DNA of 64,000 bases, taken from NCBI RefSeq assembly GCF_000150275.1, contig NW_002060949.1:865836-929835 (forward strand). Reading direction: 5' to 3'. The position numbers and the translations under genes were made by a program. Each line of letters opens with the position of its first letter. The stretch's first letter is position 1. The stretch comes from Trichoplax adhaerens. Its lineage: Eukaryota; Animalia; Placozoa. The notes under the pieces are model-generated. The model was given only the letters and a program-made list of their open reading frames with translations, ran no database searches and had not been told where the DNA came from. Shown here in pieces: positions 59,024-64,000 of this stretch.

Positions 59024-60101
59024 ATCATGCAACAACCTTACCGTAAGATTTAGTTGTCCATGACTTTAGTCTACCGTCAATAGAAGTACTGCACAAAATT
59101 ACTAGTGACCACGCTTATACGAATGTTATTATATTAATTATGAATCATTATACGTACTTATCCATCCATTCTTTTATAACGGAGGCTTACGAAACTAAAT
59201 TCATCTACGTATTAAGATTCACATTCACCAGTTGATTGTATATTGTACAACTTACGACGTTACAAACTACTTTCCGATTATAAAGCGATATGCTATTATT
59301 AACAATCCAATACTAAAGCCATACGTAAATCCGCTTCGGAATTATATAAATGCACATGGCCATAAACATTGATTACATTATCGGTTATTTCATATTTTCG
59401 ATAATCGTAATCAAAAATCTACTAACACTACGAATACTTGATCAGCTTCATCACCGATACGGTTACTGATAACTCAACGAAATACATGCGACAATTTAAT
59501 AAGGGTTATGTAAAGTTGCTATATGATAGCTCTGACTGATTAATTCATAGAAATCAGAAGGTAAGATCAAAATATTTTAGACACCGATGAACGAGGGTTA
59601 GTATTGACTGTTTTTATTCAATGACGAATTAATGGTTAAGATCATCCAATCGTCCGAGAAAACTTCATATTTACTTCGAATTAGTACTGTACAGCTTGGA
59701 CTACAAATAGATGCCCTACAATGAAGGAGAGATGGAAATAAAAGTTAATATGATTGTATACGGTTAATTCATATTTCAGAAATTAGCTTGAAAATAGAGT
59801 ATTTAATTTCGTAACATTTCGGGCTATTCTGTCATTCGTAGTTATCAATCATGCAGTTATGAAACTATCTTTTAAGACCTAAAGGTATAAATATCTTTAA
59901 GCAATGATAAAGCCCCAGAACGCCTCTTTTTAACATTCCTTATCAATTTTATGGTATACTGTGTATCAAATACTATTAATCAACAGTCACTCAGGGTAAG
60001 AAACTACCGAAATCATTCTGCTTGAGTTAGTATAGTATAATCTGCTGTTACCTTGCATACAATGTAAAGTAATGCAACAAATACAATCTATCCAAACAAA
60101 C

Positions 60102-61299
<1,198 letters not shown>

Positions 61300-61334
61300 C
61301 GTTATACTATCGAGCAGCACAGCCGATGATCAGC

Positions 61335-61347
61335 AGAGAAGAAGAGG
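61335..61347 (-). promoter_or_regulatory. TCT initiator / 5'TOP pyrimidine tract of RPS28
   Basis: The minus strand reads CCTCTTCTTCTCT about 36-48 nt upstream of the RPS28 ATG, typical of animal ribosomal protein gene starts. Confidence 0.7.
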
Positions 61348-61643
61348 CTTCCACACGTGCGAAAATCTCCGTATGAAGAAAAACTGCATCGTATCTGCCC
61401 ATGCGTGAAAAATGATGGTACTATACCACGATGGCCATAACCGTCACAAGTGTACCAGCACAGTTTATGGCCACTGTTTTGTCCTATAAGGTACAATTAC
61501 TGTATTCCTACGCATACGCCACTGTTGCGTGTAGTGTAGATCTTTGTACATTCGCCCATTAGGTATATCGTAGCTAGCTTAATATCGCTGGCCGTAATGA
61601 CCACGACCACTAACCACTGACCAGTGTTACCTACTTTACTTGA

Positions 61644-61701
61644 CCATACCGTACCGTACCGTACCATACCGTACCGTGCCGTACCATACCGTACCGTACC
61701 G
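61644..61701. repeat. (CCGTA)n pentanucleotide microsatellite
   Basis: About 11 imperfect CCGTA/CCATA units in the RPS28-ATG10 intergenic region. Confidence 0.9.
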
Positions 61702-61756
61702 CCCATCACTCCAAAGCTCGAATCGAATCATTTGATACTACAGTACTGTACTGTAC

Positions 61757-61887
61757 AATATTCCTGTTGATGCACTACTGCGTTAGCCTGTTAGTTATAT
61801 TTTTTCCCAGTTAAAGTACTGTACAGCGTCATTAATTTCAAAAATATAACTAACAGGCTAACGCAGTAGTGGATCGACAGGAATATT
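61757..61887. mobile_element. MITE-like / fold-back element with 48-bp terminal inverted repeats
   Basis: Arms 61757-61804 and 61840-61887 are reverse complements with 2 mismatches, around a 35-nt spacer, with AATATT at both ends. No coding capacity. Mobility is inferred. Confidence 0.55.
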
Positions 61888-61919
61888 CGACTCCAACAAT
61901 ACAGATCACTGTAGATTAT

Positions 61920-62240
61920 TCTTATACTGTACTGTACAGTGTACTGTACCGCACAGTATTGTACAGTACTTTTATTAAAATACAGTATGTACTATACTGT
62001 ACAGTACTGTACTGCACAGTACAGTATGTACTATTCCACTGTACCATCAGTATATTGTACAGTACAGTACAAATTGCAGTTAGAAATGCACAAAGTCTCA
62101 AAGATTCATGAGACGTTAACATACTGTACTGTACTGTAGCTAATACAGTAATGTACAGTACAGCGTTACAGTATTTATTAGCTTGTACAGTACTGAAGTA
62201 GAAGTCCTTGAGACCTTGACAGAGTGACACTACAGTACTG
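61920..62240. promoter_or_regulatory. TACTG/TACAG pentamer array upstream of ATG10 (divergent RPS28/ATG10 promoter)
   Basis: Densest array of TACTGTACAGTA-type motifs in the window. It generates the spurious YSTV/TVLY/YCTV ORFs. Confidence 0.6.
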
Positions 62241-62422
62241 TTGACGTTGGATTACGAGAGATGGTTGCGGTCTTATTCCAGTCTTGTAGTTTTTGAATGA
62301 ATTAATTTAATCGCCTCCCCTTTTTCAATTTACCTATCCACAGACATGAATATATAGAGTACTCATTTTACTCTTTATGAAAGTATAAACTGTATGTGTG
62401 GGTCTATAATAGATATGACAAG

Positions 62423-63097
62423 ATGGTTTTAGAAGGTAGAATTACTAAAGAAGAATTTAACGACTTGGTTCTCACGCTGATCGAAAAGTCCCAACAATTG
62501 CACGATGAATGGGAAAGGATCGAACATGTTTGTGGTGATAAAGTCGTTTATTATTTATGCAAAAGAAATTACTATCGATTAGTTAACCCAACAAGGGTAT
62601 CATCCAACAATAATGCTATCTTGGATGATGATACCGATGATGACGAAGCAAATGATATCTTACAAAATTGTAGTACAATTGAACCTGAAGATAACAACTG
62701 CTGCAATAGTCTTCCACAAGCGCCTAATAGCCAAAATCACCAACAAGTTTATCATGTTTATGAATATCATATCGTTTATAGTCCGGCTTATTCCGTGCCA
62801 GTGTTATATTTTGACCCAAAAACAACCGATGGAAGAAGATTAGCTTTAGAAGAAATTTGGAACACCGTCAATTTAGAATATGCACAAAGTGTTAAGTATG
62901 ATGCTTGGTCTTTCATAAGTCAACAAGAACACCCTTTGCTGGGTAGAGTTTTTTACTTTATTCATCCTTGTCACACGTCAAATTTCATGCAAATCATCAC
63001 TGGAAAAGGATCGAATGAAAAACTTTATTTATGCACATGGCTATCTGCAGTCGGCCCTGTTATCGGTTTACAATTGTCCCCATCATATTTCCTGTAA
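62423..63097 (+). CDS. ATG10: Ubiquitin-like-conjugating (E2-like) enzyme ATG10, single coding exon, ~224 aa
   Basis: Motifs YEYHIVYSPAYSVPVLYF, SQQEHPLLG, catalytic FIHPCHT and YLCTWLSAVGPVIGL. The first in-frame ATG is at 62423 (the ORF track starts at a GTG at 62396). Confidence 0.93.
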   Translation: MVLEGRITKEEFNDLVLTLIEKSQQLHDEWERIEHVCGDKVVYYLCKRNYYRLVNPTRVSSNNNAILDDDTDDDEANDILQNCSTIEPEDNNCCNSLPQAPNSQNHQQVYHVYEYHIVYSPAYSVPVLYFDPKTTDGRRLALEEIWNTVNLEYAQSVKYDAWSFISQQEHPLLGRVFYFIHPCHTSNFMQIITGKGSNEKLYLCTWLSAVGPVIGLQLSPSYFL

Positions 63098-63914
63098 ATA
63101 TTGTAACAAAGTCGTGACAAATGTGATATACGCATACCTGTACAGTAAGGTAATCATCGATTACTCTAGTAGTGCCTTACGTGGTACCAACTGATAGCTA
63201 ATTTGTTACAATTTCACAGCTCTTTGCTTTCATATAAAAAGAACAGTATTCAACCCCATTATATTTGAGTTTCATACTATGTACTGTACTCATAATGATA
63301 TGTCCTGTACAAAGTAGTTATAGTATTATTATGCACATAAAGTTGCACGATACGATGATGGAGAACGTAATATATTTATTTATTTTTATATAAAATTGAA
63401 ATGTTGTACTCGCAGTACATAAGATTTATAAGCATTTTATAGAATATAAAACAAGTTATGCCATTGTACATTAAATGTTGTAGTATATTTAATATATAGG
63501 GTATATATTTGTATACTTCATAGTCTTCCTGAGTGCTTGAGCTTGGCATAAGATGAATAGTTAAGATAAGAATCAATGTAAAACTGTATGGTAATATGAG
63601 ACTTGACGTCAAATTTAGCCTATAACGGAGAATCACTCTGAGATGCTCAATAACCAGAATGTAGCAATTTTAGTAGTCGTGGTAATATCCAATATCACTT
63701 TACATAGATACTTCATATACAGTATTGTCCAATTATAAAATTAATCGAACATGACAGAATTACTTAATGCTATATAGATGTTGCATATAGACATTATAAT
63801 CCTAATAATGAAAGATTTAATACTATCTAGAAATGAATAAATATAAAAATTGTATTGACGACTAAAATCTATACAAATTATATTATACAACAAGGAAATT
63901 CAAATCATTGTAAC

Positions 63915-64000
63915 CTGGAGCACCGTTCTGATCCTTTTTCTGATGATTTTTCGAGTTTAGCAATTCGTGATCCGAACTGAATTGCTTTTTTTTCCAATTT
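63915..64000 (-). CDS. Partial internal exon of an unidentified gene running off the window edge
   Basis: Open frame KLEKKAIQFGSRIAKLEKSSEKGSERCS ending at donor AG|GTTAC (63915/63914). Downstream exons were not resolved. Confidence 0.4.

Noticed and set aside
58730-59028. Overlapping antiparallel ORFs sharing LQVNLE.FDNPR peptides
   Set aside because: The similarity is a direct consequence of the DNA inverted repeat, with no evidence of coding function.
61497-62230. ORFs 61497-61709, 61869-62111, 61922-62230 and 61939-62139 with repeated YGTVR/YSTV/YCTV peptides
   Set aside because: They are translations of pentamer microsatellite arrays, not proteins.
63376-63810. Possible downstream exons making the edge gene a TMCC/Tex28-like coiled-coil TM protein
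   Set aside because: The resemblance rests on a few residues (RIAKLE) and no phase-consistent exon chain could be built.

Overview
AT-rich eukaryotic genomic DNA with compact, intron-dense genes (mostly 60-300 nt GT-AG introns). It resembles an early-branching animal, most likely a placozoan such as Trichoplax; that assignment is inferred, not verified. Six intact genes can be built by hand, left to right: a Tctex1-domain dynein light chain (-), a 3-exon SLC7/CAT cationic amino acid transporter (+), a ~31-exon MAST kinase (-) with an apparent SAM-like N-terminal exon, a many-exon ECM29/ECPAS proteasome adaptor (-), RPS28 (-) and an intronless ATG10 (+). A partial exon lies at the right edge. 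About 10 kb between the MAST 5' end and the ECM29 3' end has no intact gene but seems to hold decayed membrane-protein and LRR coding remnants. The main unexplained signals are: a ~185-nt hairpin beside the ECM29 promoter whose substitutions are mostly G-U on the + strand; a second 48-bp inverted repeat in the RPS28/ATG10 divergent promoter; and TACAG/TACTG pentamer clusters at three inferred transcription-start regions. No rRNA, tRNA, CRISPR array or autonomous transposon was recognised. All exon coordinates come from manual reading and need RNA-seq confirmation.
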